DNA of 23,061 nucleotides from Nitrospinales bacterium (GCA_046757665.1 JBHHYO010000044.1:1-23061); one strand, 5' to 3'. Shown: positions 5,643-15,122, counted from the stretch's first letter. Notes: generated by a model from the letters alone, not told the origin. Translations and numbers: made by a program.

Positions 5643-8309
5643 CTAATGCGCCTCGTCCCAGTTTTTGCCCCAGCCCAGATCGACCACAAGGGGAACGGCC
5701 AGGGGATAAACATCTTCCATTTCCTTTTTGACCAGCGTCTGCATCTGTTTTTTCTCTTGCGGAACACACTCGAACACCAGTTCGTCGTGCACTTGCAGGA
5801 TCATTTTTGAGCGCAACTTTTCGTTTTTCAGGCGCCGGTGGATGCGTATCATGGCGACCTTGATGAGGTCGGCGGCGCCGCCCTGGACGGGGGAGTTGAT
5901 GGCCACGCGCTCGGCGGCGGCCCTGACCTGCTTGTTTCTGCTGTCAATGTCGGGCAGGTAGCGTTTGCGGTTCATGAGAGTGGTGGTGTAACCGCGGGCG
6001 CGGGCGGTTTCTATGGTGTCGTCCATGAAGGTCTTGACGTTTTTGTAAAGGTCGAAGTATTGGTCGATGAACGTCCTGGCCTCGCCGGGCGTGATGCCCA
6101 GTTGCCGGGACAGGCCAAAGGCGCTCAGCCCATAGACGATGCCGAAGTTCACGGCCTTGGCCATGCGGCGCGCCGCCGCGTCCACCTCGTCCAGAGACAC
6201 GCCGAAAATTTCCGCCGCCGTGCGCGAATGCACGTCCTCGCCCTTCTTGAACGCCGCCATCAGCGCTTCGTCGCCGGAAAGATGCGCGAGGATCCGCAGT
6301 TCGATCTGCGAGTAATCCGCCGACAACATTTCCCAATCGCCGCCGACGATAAACGCCTTGCGGATTTCGCGGCCGATTTCCGAGCGAATGGGAATGTTCT
6401 GCAAATTCGGATCGCTACTGCTCAGCCTGCCCGTCGCGGCCACGGTTTGGTTGAAGGACGTGTGCACCCGCCCGGTTTTCGGATTGATTTCCCGTGGCAG
6501 GGCATCGACGTAGGTGGATTTCAGTTTGGCAAGCTGACGGTAGGCGAGGATTTTTTTCGGCAGGTCATGCCGCGACGCCAGCTCCTCCAAAACCGACACG
6601 TCCGTGGAATAACCGGTCTTGGTTTTTTTGACGACCGGCAGATTGAGTTTTTCGAACAATATCGGCGCCAGTTGCTTGGGCGAATTGATATTGAATTTCT
6701 CTCCGGCACTCTCATAAATTTCCGTCTCGCAAAGGAGCAGTTCCTTGTCCATTCTTCGAGACAGTTTTTCCAGGGCGAGTTTATCCAGCAGTACACCGTG
6801 GATTTCCATTTCCGCCAGCGTCTCGATCAGCGGAATTTCAATATCGTTGAACAGGGCCAGGTTTTCATCGCACAACAGCGGTTTCAGTTTTTTCGCCAGA
6901 AGCCAGGTGATGTCGGAATCCTCGGCGGCATATGGAGCGGCTTGCTCGATCTCCACCTGGTCAAAACCGATTTCCTTGGCCCCTACGCCCGCAACTTCCT
7001 TGTAGGAAATCGTTTTATGACGCAAATACTCCATGGCCAAATCGTCCAGATTGTGGCCGCGCTTGGAGGGGTTGATCACGTAAGAGGCGATCATGGCGTC
7101 GAAAGCGACGCCGGCCAGGCGGATCCCCGCGTTGTGCAGAACGATCATTTCGTACTTGATGTTCTGGCCGACCTTTTTGATCCGGGGATTTTCCAGAACC
7201 GGTTTTAACCGGCCAAGGACGTCGGCCATGTCCAGTTGCCTGGGAGCCCCGGCGTAGCGGTGCGCCAGCGGGATGTAATACGCCTCATGGTCCTTGAATG
7301 AAAACGAAATGCCGACGATTTCCGCGCGCATGGGATGCTTGCTCGTGGTTTCCAGGTCGAAGGCAAACTCGCCGGGCAATTGCCGCAAAAGACGAGAGAA
7401 GGCCTCTTCGGTCAAAATCGTTTCATAGCGTTTTTGCGTTTCGACCGGCTCCGGCTCCAGGTTCTTCAGCATGGAATCGAACTCCAGCTCCCGGAAAATT
7501 TTCCTGAGTTTCTCGTTATTTCTTTCCTTGAGTTGCAAATCGTCCACCCGGCAGTCCAGCGGCACACGGGTGTCGATGGTCACCAGGCGGCGGCTTAAAA
7601 AAGCCTTGTCCTTGTCGCGGAGCAATTTCTCGCGCAGATTCTTTTTATCGACCCGGTCGATGTCCCGATACAGGTTTTCCACGGAGCCGAAGGTCTGGAT
7701 CAGTTGCGCGGCGGTTTTGGGGCCGACGCCGGCAACGCCGGGAATATTGTCGCTACTGTCGCCCATAAGAGCCATGACCTCGACGACCTGGGCGGGAGCG
7801 ACGCCGAACTTGGCCACCACGTCCTTCTCCTCGAACCGCTTGTTCTTCATGGTATCCAGCATGTGAACGCGCGGGCCAATCAATTGCATCATGTCCTTGT
7901 CGCCGCTGACGATGACCACCTGGAATCCCTGGCGCTCCCCTTCCCTGGCCAGGGTTCCAATGATGTCGTCGGCTTCAAAACCGGACTTGCGAAGGCTGAC
8001 GATGTCGTACGCCTGCACCAGCGGGTCAAAGTAAGGGAATTGCGGAACCAGATCCTCCGGCGGCTCGGCGCGGTTGGCCTTGTAATCGGGAAACATTTCG
8101 TGGCGGAAGGTTTTTTCCTTGGCGTCAAAGACGACCGCCAGGTAGTCCGGACGCTCGTCGCGGACCACCTTTTGCAACATGTTGACGAAACCGTAAAGCG
8201 CGTTGGTAGGCAACCCCCGGGAGTTGGAAAGAGATTGGCGGATGGCGAAAAAAGCCCGAAAAATGTAGGAAGACCCATCGATCAGATACAACGTCTTATC
8301 TTTTTTCAT
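5643..8309 (-). CDS. polA: DNA polymerase I
   Basis: 5'-3' exonuclease (LIDGSSYIFRAF, EADDIIGTL, GDSSDNIPGV), 3'-5' exonuclease (FDLETT, YAAED) and polymerase motifs (TGRLSSSDPNLQNIP, DYSQIELR, AKAVNFGIVYG, QVHDEL). The start is either ATG 8309 or TTG 8339. Confidence 0.97.
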   Translation of the reverse strand: MKKDKTLYLIDGSSYIFRAFFAIRQSLSNSRGLPTNALYGFVNMLQKVVRDERPDYLAVVFDAKEKTFRHEMFPDYKANRAEPPEDLVPQFPYFDPLVQAYDIVSLRKSGFEADDIIGTLAREGERQGFQVVIVSGDKDMMQLIGPRVHMLDTMKNKRFEEKDVVAKFGVAPAQVVEVMALMGDSSDNIPGVAGVGPKTAAQLIQTFGSVENLYRDIDRVDKKNLREKLLRDKDKAFLSRRLVTIDTRVPLDCRVDDLQLKERNNEKLRKIFRELEFDSMLKNLEPEPVETQKRYETILTEEAFSRLLRQLPGEFAFDLETTSKHPMRAEIVGISFSFKDHEAYYIPLAHRYAGAPRQLDMADVLGRLKPVLENPRIKKVGQNIKYEMIVLHNAGIRLAGVAFDAMIASYVINPSKRGHNLDDLAMEYLRHKTISYKEVAGVGAKEIGFDQVEIEQAAPYAAEDSDITWLLAKKLKPLLCDENLALFNDIEIPLIETLAEMEIHGVLLDKLALEKLSRRMDKELLLCETEIYESAGEKFNINSPKQLAPILFEKLNLPVVKKTKTGYSTDVSVLEELASRHDLPKKILAYRQLAKLKSTYVDALPREINPKTGRVHTSFNQTVAATGRLSSSDPNLQNIPIRSEIGREIRKAFIVGGDWEMLSADYSQIELRILAHLSGDEALMAAFKKGEDVHSRTAAEIFGVSLDEVDAAARRMAKAVNFGIVYGLSAFGLSRQLGITPGEARTFIDQYFDLYKNVKTFMDDTIETARARGYTTTLMNRKRYLPDIDSRNKQVRAAAERVAINSPVQGGAADLIKVAMIRIHRRLKNEKLRSKMILQVHDELVFECVPQEKKQMQTLVKKEMEDVYPLAVPLVVDLGWGKNWDEAH

Positions 8310-8693
8310 AGCGTTTTTGTTTTCTTTTTTGTCCTCCAAACCTCCGGCAAAACTTCATATCTGGTCAAAATTCCTTCTCCTTCCAGAATATTGGCAGGGT
8401 TTCTCACAATTAACACCTTTCGCCAAAGGCTCCCATGCTTTTAAGAAATGCCAAAATATGGCGAAACGCGAATCGGAGAAAGTCTATCATATCACCCGCA
8501 CCGGATACCTCTAAAAGACAGCTTGCCATTAAAAGACTATAAAATTTGTACTTACAAGTTGAATCCACGACTCATTTTAGGTTATCATTTCTTGTTATGC
8601 TTCGTACAAATGCGGGTGAGAAGTTGCAAGTCCTTCTTCATTCCATGAACCTCCCGGTCGATTTCGACTGCAACAAGGTTGACAATTTAAGAC

Positions 8694-10676
8694 ATGAAAA
8701 AACTTAAAGAATACATTTTTGCCAATTTTGAAGGTTTCTTCGTCCTTCTCATCCTGCTCAGCGCCGTCCTGATCAATTATTTTATCTACGCCAAAATGGC
8801 GTTTCTGAATTTTTATTACATGCCGGTAATGATCGCGGCATATTACCTCGACAAACGCAAAACCATTCTCGGAGCCTTTTTTATCGTCCTCATGGTTTGG
8901 ATTTACGTGCTGGTGAATGAAGAGGGATTTCTGGTTTCCAGTAGCGGAGTATTCGACCTGTACTTCAACCTTTCGATCTGGGGATGCTTCCTCATTCTGG
9001 CCGGACTGTTGGTCGGCACTCTGTCGGAAAAACTCAGGGTGCAGTTGGAGGAAAGCAACAGGCTACGCGAAAGTTTGCGCAAGGAAGAAGAGGCCCTGAA
9101 ATTATCCAACGAACGCTTGAGCGACTATACCGCGAACCTTGAGCAAAAAATCTCTGAAAGAACGCAGGACCTGGAGCGCTCGCATACCCTTATTGAATCC
9201 CTGAAAGAAAAAGTGGAGAACGCTTTATATTCCGTCATGGATGCGACGGTAGCCCGTATGATGATCGAGGGAAAACTGCGGAACGAGAAAAGGCAGATTT
9301 CCATTCTGTTTTCCGACTTGAAAGACTTCACCTCCTACTCAGAGAAAAACCCGCCGGAAAAAGTGGTTGGAGAGTTAAACAGCTACCTCAACTGCATGGA
9401 AGAGGCTCTTTTAGGCTACTACGGCCATATCGACAAATATATGGGTGACGGAATCATGGCCGAGTTCGGCGCGCCGATCGGTTACCACATGCACCCTCTG
9501 ATGGCGGTCCTGGCTGGACTCTCCATGCAAAAGAAACTGCCGAAGCTCTTTCCCACCTGGAAAATGCGTATCGGTATTGCCACCGGCCCCGCCGTCCTCG
9601 GCCTATTCGGCTCCAAAAGGAAAGGTTACTCCTGTATCGGCAATAGCGCCAACCTGGCCTCCAGGCTGGAAGCCATTTGCGACCCCGGCTCCGTTTATAT
9701 CGACGAGGTGACTTATAACGCCGTCAAGCCCTATGTCCAGGCCATAAGAATTTATGACCTTGTCGGCAACAGAGCCTCCGACGCCGACGCTCCGGATGAA
9801 ACAAGCGCCCTCTTGCATAAACTGGAGAAAACCCCCAATGACGCGGAAACCCTCTTTGCCCTGGGGCAGATTTATTTCAAAAGAAGACAGGCAACCCGGG
9901 CCATAGAATATTTTGAAAAAACCCTCAAAATCAATCCGGAGCATACCCAGGCCAAACTGGCGTTTGCCGAGGCAAACATCAAACGCAACGAGTTCGAAAA
10001 AATCGCCCTCAAAGGCAAAAAAGACCGGGTAGCGGTTTACAAGGCGACCGGCCTGATCGACCCCATGGAAAACCGGGAAAAAATCCCGAAATGTTTCTAT
10101 GACCAGTACAACCCTGTTGCCGACAAGATCGACATTCCCCAAGAGGTGATCCTGCCGGTGGAAGTGCTGGACGGCAATATTCTGCACAGCAAAATCGTGG
10201 CCATTGTCGCCTTTGCCATCGCCGACAAACTGGGCCTGTCCGACAAGGACAAAGAAAATATCCTTATCGCCGGGTTCCTGCACGACATCGGCAAGGAAAT
10301 TGTGCCTCACGAAATTCTGCAACGGACCGAAAAATTAAACGCTGACGATATGGAAAAATTTAAAAAACATCCCACGGAAAGCGTTCGCATCATGAAAAAA
10401 ATGGGCTACCATTCCGAATCCATACTGGAAATGGTAGAGACGCACCATGAACACTATGATGGTTCGGGTTACCCCAAAGGCTTGAAGGGAGAAGACATCC
10501 CCATTGGCGGAAGAATTCTTTCCGTCGCCGATACTTTCGACACCATGACCTCCAAGCGAATTTACGCGGAGACCTGGGAATACAAAAGCGCCTTCCTGGA
10601 AATCCAGAAAGACGCCAGCAACGGTCAGTACGACATCCAATGTGTTGAAATACTGAAAGAACTGCTGGGCATTTGA
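8694..10676 (+). CDS. Membrane-anchored class III nucleotidyl (adenylate) cyclase - TPR - HD-GYP phosphodiesterase fusion
   Basis: About four TM helices (aa 15-110) and a coiled coil. Cyclase motifs ILFSDLKDFT, DKYMGDGIMAEFG, RIGIATG, IGNSANLASRLE and LKGK. A TPR (AETLFALGQIYF..AIEYFEKTLKINP). HD-GYP motifs LHDIGK, HP, HHEHYDGSGYP and VADTFDTMTSKRIY. Confidence 0.88.
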   Translation: MKKLKEYIFANFEGFFVLLILLSAVLINYFIYAKMAFLNFYYMPVMIAAYYLDKRKTILGAFFIVLMVWIYVLVNEEGFLVSSSGVFDLYFNLSIWGCFLILAGLLVGTLSEKLRVQLEESNRLRESLRKEEEALKLSNERLSDYTANLEQKISERTQDLERSHTLIESLKEKVENALYSVMDATVARMMIEGKLRNEKRQISILFSDLKDFTSYSEKNPPEKVVGELNSYLNCMEEALLGYYGHIDKYMGDGIMAEFGAPIGYHMHPLMAVLAGLSMQKKLPKLFPTWKMRIGIATGPAVLGLFGSKRKGYSCIGNSANLASRLEAICDPGSVYIDEVTYNAVKPYVQAIRIYDLVGNRASDADAPDETSALLHKLEKTPNDAETLFALGQIYFKRRQATRAIEYFEKTLKINPEHTQAKLAFAEANIKRNEFEKIALKGKKDRVAVYKATGLIDPMENREKIPKCFYDQYNPVADKIDIPQEVILPVEVLDGNILHSKIVAIVAFAIADKLGLSDKDKENILIAGFLHDIGKEIVPHEILQRTEKLNADDMEKFKKHPTESVRIMKKMGYHSESILEMVETHHEHYDGSGYPKGLKGEDIPIGGRILSVADTFDTMTSKRIYAETWEYKSAFLEIQKDASNGQYDIQCVEILKELLGI

Positions 10677-10753
10677 CCCCGGAGCACTATCCGGAGCAAT
10701 TTCTTGTCACAACTCTCACCCGAAGGACTCCTTTTCAAATGATATCGGCACAA

Positions 10754-10782
10754 TTGCCCGACTACGGCAATTATGCTAGTAT
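10754..10782 (+). promoter_or_regulatory. Putative sigma-70 promoter for kdsD-alaS
   Basis: TTGCCC-17 nt-TAGTAT with an extended -10 TGn. It is overlapped by the inverted repeat AATTGCC-N7-GGCAATT (10752-10772). Confidence 0.35.
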
Positions 10783-10845
10783 GGACAGAATCGAACAGTT
10801 GAAACCACTTGAATTTTAAGGTGTAAACTTTTTTTTCCAGGACAA

Positions 10846-11862
10846 ATGCGCAATCAGCCCATGCAACGTTTAAAAATCCCGGTAAAGCAAAAACAAGACG
10901 ATCCGATAATCGCTTCCGCCAAGCGGGTGCTGAAAATTGAAAGTGAGTCGATTGCGGCCCTGGCCCAAAGGCTGGATGAGCAATTCGTCCACGTGGTCAG
11001 TCTGCTGGATCAATGCCAGGGGCGCGTGGTCGTAACCGGGATGGGAAAGTCGGGCCTGATCGGCAAGAAGATCGCCGCGACCTTTTCCAGCATCGGCATC
11101 CCGGCGTTGTACCTGCACGCGGCGGAAGGCAGTCACGGCGACGTAGGGATCATTTCCCGGGGAGATATCGTGATCGCCATTTCCAACAGCGGCGAAACCG
11201 AGGAAATCATCAAGATTCTCCCCTATTTGAACCGCATCAACGCCACCTTGGTCAGCTTGACGGGAAACCCGACCTCGACTCTTGCCCAGAGAAGCGAATA
11301 CGTGCTCGATGTCAGCGTCCGGGAAGAGGCCTGCTCCATCGGGCTGGTGCCAACCGCCAGCACTGCCGCGGCGTTGGCGATGGGAGATGCCCTGGCTCTG
11401 GCCATACTCGACAAAAGGGGATTCAAGGAGGAAGACTTCGCCCAATACCACCCCGGCGGCAGTCTGGGCCGCAATCTGCTCACCACCGTGAACGACTTGA
11501 TGCACGTCGGCGAGGGAATACCCAAAGTTTTCGAGGACACCCCCATCTACGATACGATTACCGAAATGAGCCGCAAGCATCTGGGTACGGCCATCGTCAC
11601 CGACAAACGCGGCCTTCTGCGCGGAATCATCACCGACGGCGACCTGCGCCGGTTGTTCGAAGCCAAAAAAGATATCTCCGCGACAATGTCGGGCGAGGTC
11701 ATGACCTCAGCCGCGAGGACCATCAAAAAGGACGAACTGGCGGCCATGGCCCTTCGCATCATGGAGGAATGTTCCATCACCTGCCTGATCGTCTCGCGGG
11801 ACAGCAAAAACATCGACGGCATCATCCACTTGCACGATCTGCTGAAGGCGGGTATCGTATAA
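10846..11862 (+). CDS. kdsD: Arabinose-5-phosphate isomerase (KpsF/GutQ family, SIS + 2 CBS)
   Basis: VVTGMGKSGLIG, HGDVG, ISNSGETEE, PTASTAAALAMGDALA, HPGGSLG, GIITDGDLRR and IHLHDLL. The start could be ATG 10861. Confidence 0.93.
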   Translation: MRNQPMQRLKIPVKQKQDDPIIASAKRVLKIESESIAALAQRLDEQFVHVVSLLDQCQGRVVVTGMGKSGLIGKKIAATFSSIGIPALYLHAAEGSHGDVGIISRGDIVIAISNSGETEEIIKILPYLNRINATLVSLTGNPTSTLAQRSEYVLDVSVREEACSIGLVPTASTAAALAMGDALALAILDKRGFKEEDFAQYHPGGSLGRNLLTTVNDLMHVGEGIPKVFEDTPIYDTITEMSRKHLGTAIVTDKRGLLRGIITDGDLRRLFEAKKDISATMSGEVMTSAARTIKKDELAAMALRIMEECSITCLIVSRDSKNIDGIIHLHDLLKAGIV

Positions 11863-11958
11863 GAAACGGCGTGGTCGACCGACCCGCCTGGAACCAAATC
11901 CCAATCGAACCTTCCAACGCCCGGCGGACGGACCGGTGTCGTAACAATTGAAAATCCC

Positions 11959-14601
11959 ATGATAACGGGCAGTGAAATCAGAAAGAAATTTCTCGGCTAT
12001 TTTGCCGGACACGAACACCAGGTGGTGAAAAGTGCTTCCCTCGTTCCGCAAAACGACCCGACCCTGCTGTTCACCAACGCCGGGATGGTGCAGTTCAAAA
12101 ACGTTTTCCTGGGGATTGAAAACCCCGGCTACAACCGCGCCGTCTCGGCGCAAAAATGCGTGCGCGCCGGGGGCAAGCACAACGACCTGGAAATGGTGGG
12201 GCGCACCGCCCGCCATCACACCTTTTTCGAAATGCTCGGCAACTTTTCCTTTGGCGATTACTTCAAAAAGGAAGCCATCCGTTTCGGCTGGGAGTTTCTC
12301 ACCGACGTCCTTCGGCTTCCCCGGGAAAAACTCTACGTTTCCGTTTACGAGGACGACGACGAAGCCTTCGGATACTGGCGCGACGACATCGGCCTGGGCG
12401 AGGAGCGCATTTTCCGCATGGGGGAAAAGGACAACTTCTGGTCCATGGGCCCCACCGGGCCCTGCGGCCCCTGTTCGGAAATCTACATCGACCAGGGCGA
12501 ACCGCTGGGATGCGGCAAACCCACCTGCGCCGTCGGTTGCGACTGCGACCGCTACCTGGAAATCTGGAACCTGGTGTTCATGCAGTACAATCGCGACGAA
12601 GCGGGAAAGCTGACTCCCCTGCCCCGGCCCTGCATCGACACCGGCATGGGCCTGGAACGCCTGACCGCCGTAGCGCAAGGCCGACAGAGCAACTACGACT
12701 CCGATTTGTTGAAGAACGTCATCGACGAAGTTTGCCGGGTGACCGGGAAACCGTATCACCAGGACGGGCCGACCGATGTTTCCCTGAAAGTCGTCGCCGA
12801 CCATGCCCGCGCCGCGGCATTTCTCATCGCCGACGGGGTACTGCCGGCCAACGAGGGCCGGGGCTACGTCCTGCGGCGAATCCTGCGCCGCGCCCTCCGC
12901 CACGGCAAAATGCTGGGGAAAAACGAACCCTTCCTGCATCTCGTCACCGACCAGGTGGTCACCCAATTCAAGGACACCTATCCGGAGCTGGAAGAAAACC
13001 GTTCCTTTATCGACAAGGCCGTGCTTCACGAGGAGGAAAGTTTTAAAACCACACTGCACTTCGGCACCCAACGCCTCGACGATATTCTCGGCCAACTGAG
13101 AAAATCAAAGCAAACCGTCATCCCCGGAGAAGAAATTTTCAAGCTCTACGACACTTACGGATTCCCCGTCGACCTGGTGGAGGACATCGCCGAGGAGGCG
13201 GGAGTCACGCTGGACATGGCGGGCTTCGACCGTGCCATGCAGGCGCAAAAGCAAAAGTCCGTCGAGTCCTGGAAGGGTTCCGGAGAAAAGGCAGTGGCGC
13301 CCTGTTACAAGGAATTTCTGCAAAAAGCGGGGCCCACCGTTTTCCACGGCTACTGTCATACGCAGTGCCGGGGCCGCCTGCTGGCCATTTTGAAAAACGG
13401 CGGGGAAATCGAAACCGCCGGCGAGGGCGACGAGGTGGAACTGCTGTTCGACGAAACACCGTTTTACGGCGAGGCCGGCGGCCAGGTAGGCGATACGGGC
13501 AAGGCCGGCAACGACGAGACGCAAGTGGAAATTCTCAACGCCACCCGGCCCCTGCCCGAACTGGTCGCCCATCAGGCGAAAATCGTCAAAGGCTCCATCC
13601 GCAAAGGCGACGCACTGACGCTGACCGTGGACGCGGAAAAACGCGCCCGTACCGTCTTGAACCATACCGCCACCCACCTGCTGCAAGCGGCGTTAAAAAC
13701 CGTTCTCGGCGACCACGTCAAGCAGGCCGGGTCCCTGGTGGCCCCGGACCGACTGCGGTTCGACTACACCCACTTCTCGCCGCTGACCGATCGGGAAAAA
13801 AGCCGCCTCGAATCCGTCGTCAACGAAAAAATCCGCGAAAACATCGCCGTGCAAACCCGCGAGATGAAGATCGACGAGGCCCTGCAAGAAGGCGCCATCG
13901 CCCTGTTCGGGGAAAAATACGGCGACCGGGTGCGCGTGGTTTCCGTTCCCGGTTTCAGCAAGGAATTTTGCGGCGGCACGCACGTTTCGGCAACGGGCGA
14001 CATCGGCGTTTTCAAAATCACCGGCGAGGGAGGCATCGCCTCCGGCGTGCGCCGCATCGAGGCCGTCACCGGGCCGGAGGCCCTGGAAAAAATCCAGCGA
14101 GACGCCGCCACCCTCACCGGCATCCGTTCCCTGCTCAAGGCCCAGCCCAAGGAGGAAACGGCGCGCTTGAGCAAAATCCTCGAACGCACCCGCCAACTGG
14201 AAAAAGAAGTCGATGCCCTGAAAGAAAAACTGGCGTCCGGCAAGAGCGCCGACCTGTCGGACGAAGTGGTGACGGTCGAGGGCGCGTCCGTGCTGGTCAA
14301 AAAGCTGGAGGGAATGAATCCCAAAACCCTGCGCGTTTTCATCGACAACGCCAAAAACAAAATCAAATCCGGGATCATTGTCGCCGGTAGCGCCGCCAAC
14401 GGAAAAGTTTTTCTTGCCGCCGGCGTCACCGAGGACCTCACCGGCCGGTTCCACGCCGGGAACATTCTGAAAGACGTGGCCGCCATCGTCGGCGGCCGGG
14501 GCGGCGGGCGGCCCGACATGGCCCAGGCCGGCGGCGCCAAACCCGAAATGCTCGACGAGGCACTGAAAAAAGTCCCACAAATCATCCGCGAAAAACGATG
14601 A
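11959..14601 (+). CDS. alaS: Alanine--tRNA ligase
   Basis: DPTLLFTNAGMVQFK, HHTFFEMLGNFSFGDYFK, IDTGMGLER, editing domain NHTATHLL and CGGTHV, C-terminal GGGRPDMAQAGG. 880 aa. Confidence 0.98.
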   Translation: MITGSEIRKKFLGYFAGHEHQVVKSASLVPQNDPTLLFTNAGMVQFKNVFLGIENPGYNRAVSAQKCVRAGGKHNDLEMVGRTARHHTFFEMLGNFSFGDYFKKEAIRFGWEFLTDVLRLPREKLYVSVYEDDDEAFGYWRDDIGLGEERIFRMGEKDNFWSMGPTGPCGPCSEIYIDQGEPLGCGKPTCAVGCDCDRYLEIWNLVFMQYNRDEAGKLTPLPRPCIDTGMGLERLTAVAQGRQSNYDSDLLKNVIDEVCRVTGKPYHQDGPTDVSLKVVADHARAAAFLIADGVLPANEGRGYVLRRILRRALRHGKMLGKNEPFLHLVTDQVVTQFKDTYPELEENRSFIDKAVLHEEESFKTTLHFGTQRLDDILGQLRKSKQTVIPGEEIFKLYDTYGFPVDLVEDIAEEAGVTLDMAGFDRAMQAQKQKSVESWKGSGEKAVAPCYKEFLQKAGPTVFHGYCHTQCRGRLLAILKNGGEIETAGEGDEVELLFDETPFYGEAGGQVGDTGKAGNDETQVEILNATRPLPELVAHQAKIVKGSIRKGDALTLTVDAEKRARTVLNHTATHLLQAALKTVLGDHVKQAGSLVAPDRLRFDYTHFSPLTDREKSRLESVVNEKIRENIAVQTREMKIDEALQEGAIALFGEKYGDRVRVVSVPGFSKEFCGGTHVSATGDIGVFKITGEGGIASGVRRIEAVTGPEALEKIQRDAATLTGIRSLLKAQPKEETARLSKILERTRQLEKEVDALKEKLASGKSADLSDEVVTVEGASVLVKKLEGMNPKTLRVFIDNAKNKIKSGIIVAGSAANGKVFLAAGVTEDLTGRFHAGNILKDVAAIVGGRGGGRPDMAQAGGAKPEMLDEALKKVPQIIREKR

Positions 14602-14641
14602 GCGCCATGCCGTCGATTCGCCCAACGTGAAGGATCAAAAA

Positions 14642-14965
14642 ATGGATGCAAACAAGCGCTCCGACATGGATAATAAGTGGAAGAAACTGGCGACCCGCGC
14701 CGTCACCCAGGAGGAGTTCAAGGCGCAACTGGTTGCCGACCCCGTGGCCCGCATGAGCGAGTTCGGACTGCACCCCCCGGAGGGCGCGAAAGTCCGGGCG
14801 GGCGCCGACAAAGCCGTGCATATCCTGCCGCCCACCGGGTCGTCACCGGAGATCAAGGAAGAAATCAAATGGTGGAACCTGCGGCTGGACACCATCCGCC
14901 AGTTCGGCAAGGAGGAAAAAGAAGCAACCTCGCATGGCGCTCCCTTTGAAGACGGCGAAGTGTGA
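14642..14965 (+). CDS. Small hypothetical protein with a nitrile hydratase alpha / NHLP-leader-like N-terminal region
   Basis: LATRAVTQEEFKAQLVADPVARMSEFGLHPPEGAKVR...VHILPP resembles the 'RAWxDxxFKxxLLxDPxxxLxExGxxxPxG' NHLP-leader pattern. ATG 14642 has GAAGGA upstream. 107 aa. Confidence 0.65.
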   Translation: MDANKRSDMDNKWKKLATRAVTQEEFKAQLVADPVARMSEFGLHPPEGAKVRAGADKAVHILPPTGSSPEIKEEIKWWNLRLDTIRQFGKEEKEATSHGAPFEDGEV

Positions 14966-14993
14966 ATGCGTTTGAACGGAAACAAAAAAATAC

Positions 14994-15070
14994 GCGCCCG
15001 TAGCTCAGCTGGATAGAGTAACGGACTCCGAATCCGTAGGTCAGGCGTTCGAATCGCCTCGGGCGTACCA
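14994..15070 (+). tRNA. tRNA-Arg (anticodon CCG)
   Basis: Acceptor stem GCGCCCG/CGGGCGT, D arm GCTCAGCTGGATAGAGT, anticodon arm ACGGA-CTCCGAA-TCCGT, T arm AGGCG-TTCGAAT-CGCCT and an encoded CCA. 77 nt. Confidence 0.97.
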
Positions 15071-15075
15071 ACAGG

Positions 15076-15122
15076 GAAAAGGGTTTGACGGATCTCCGCC
15101 GTCAAACCCTTTTCTTGTTTTT
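15076..15122 (+). terminator. Terminator hairpin after tRNA-Arg
   Basis: 16-bp perfect stem GAAAAGGGTTTGACGG / CCGTCAAACCCTTTTC followed by TTGTTTTT. Confidence 0.85.

Noticed and set aside
7140-7175. PolA ExoII motif reads NIKYE rather than NxKYD
   Set aside because: This is a conservative acidic substitution with ExoI (DLE) and ExoIII (YAAED) intact, so it is not evidence of lost proofreading.
5838-7208. 456-aa plus-strand ORF and other long ORFs antisense to polA
   Set aside because: Shadow ORFs of a GC-rich coding gene, with no recognisable motifs or RBS.
8694-10676. Cyclase as a Pycsar-type or CRISPR-linked defence signalling enzyme
   Set aside because: It keeps the adenine-selecting Lys, has no adjacent cNMP-binding effector gene, and sits among housekeeping genes 5 kb from a type I-E system, which does not use second messengers.
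11013-14651. Long alternative-frame and antisense ORFs over kdsD and alaS (e.g. 11707-13095, 12156-13046, 13365-14390, 13693-14625)
   Set aside because: They overlap well-supported genes. Their Arg/Pro/Gly-rich or antisense composition is typical of GC3 bias.
15040-15122. attL/attR duplication of the tRNA 3' end or an adjacent integrase
   Set aside because: I saw no second copy of the tRNA 3' end and no recombinase gene in the window, so no mobile element is called.
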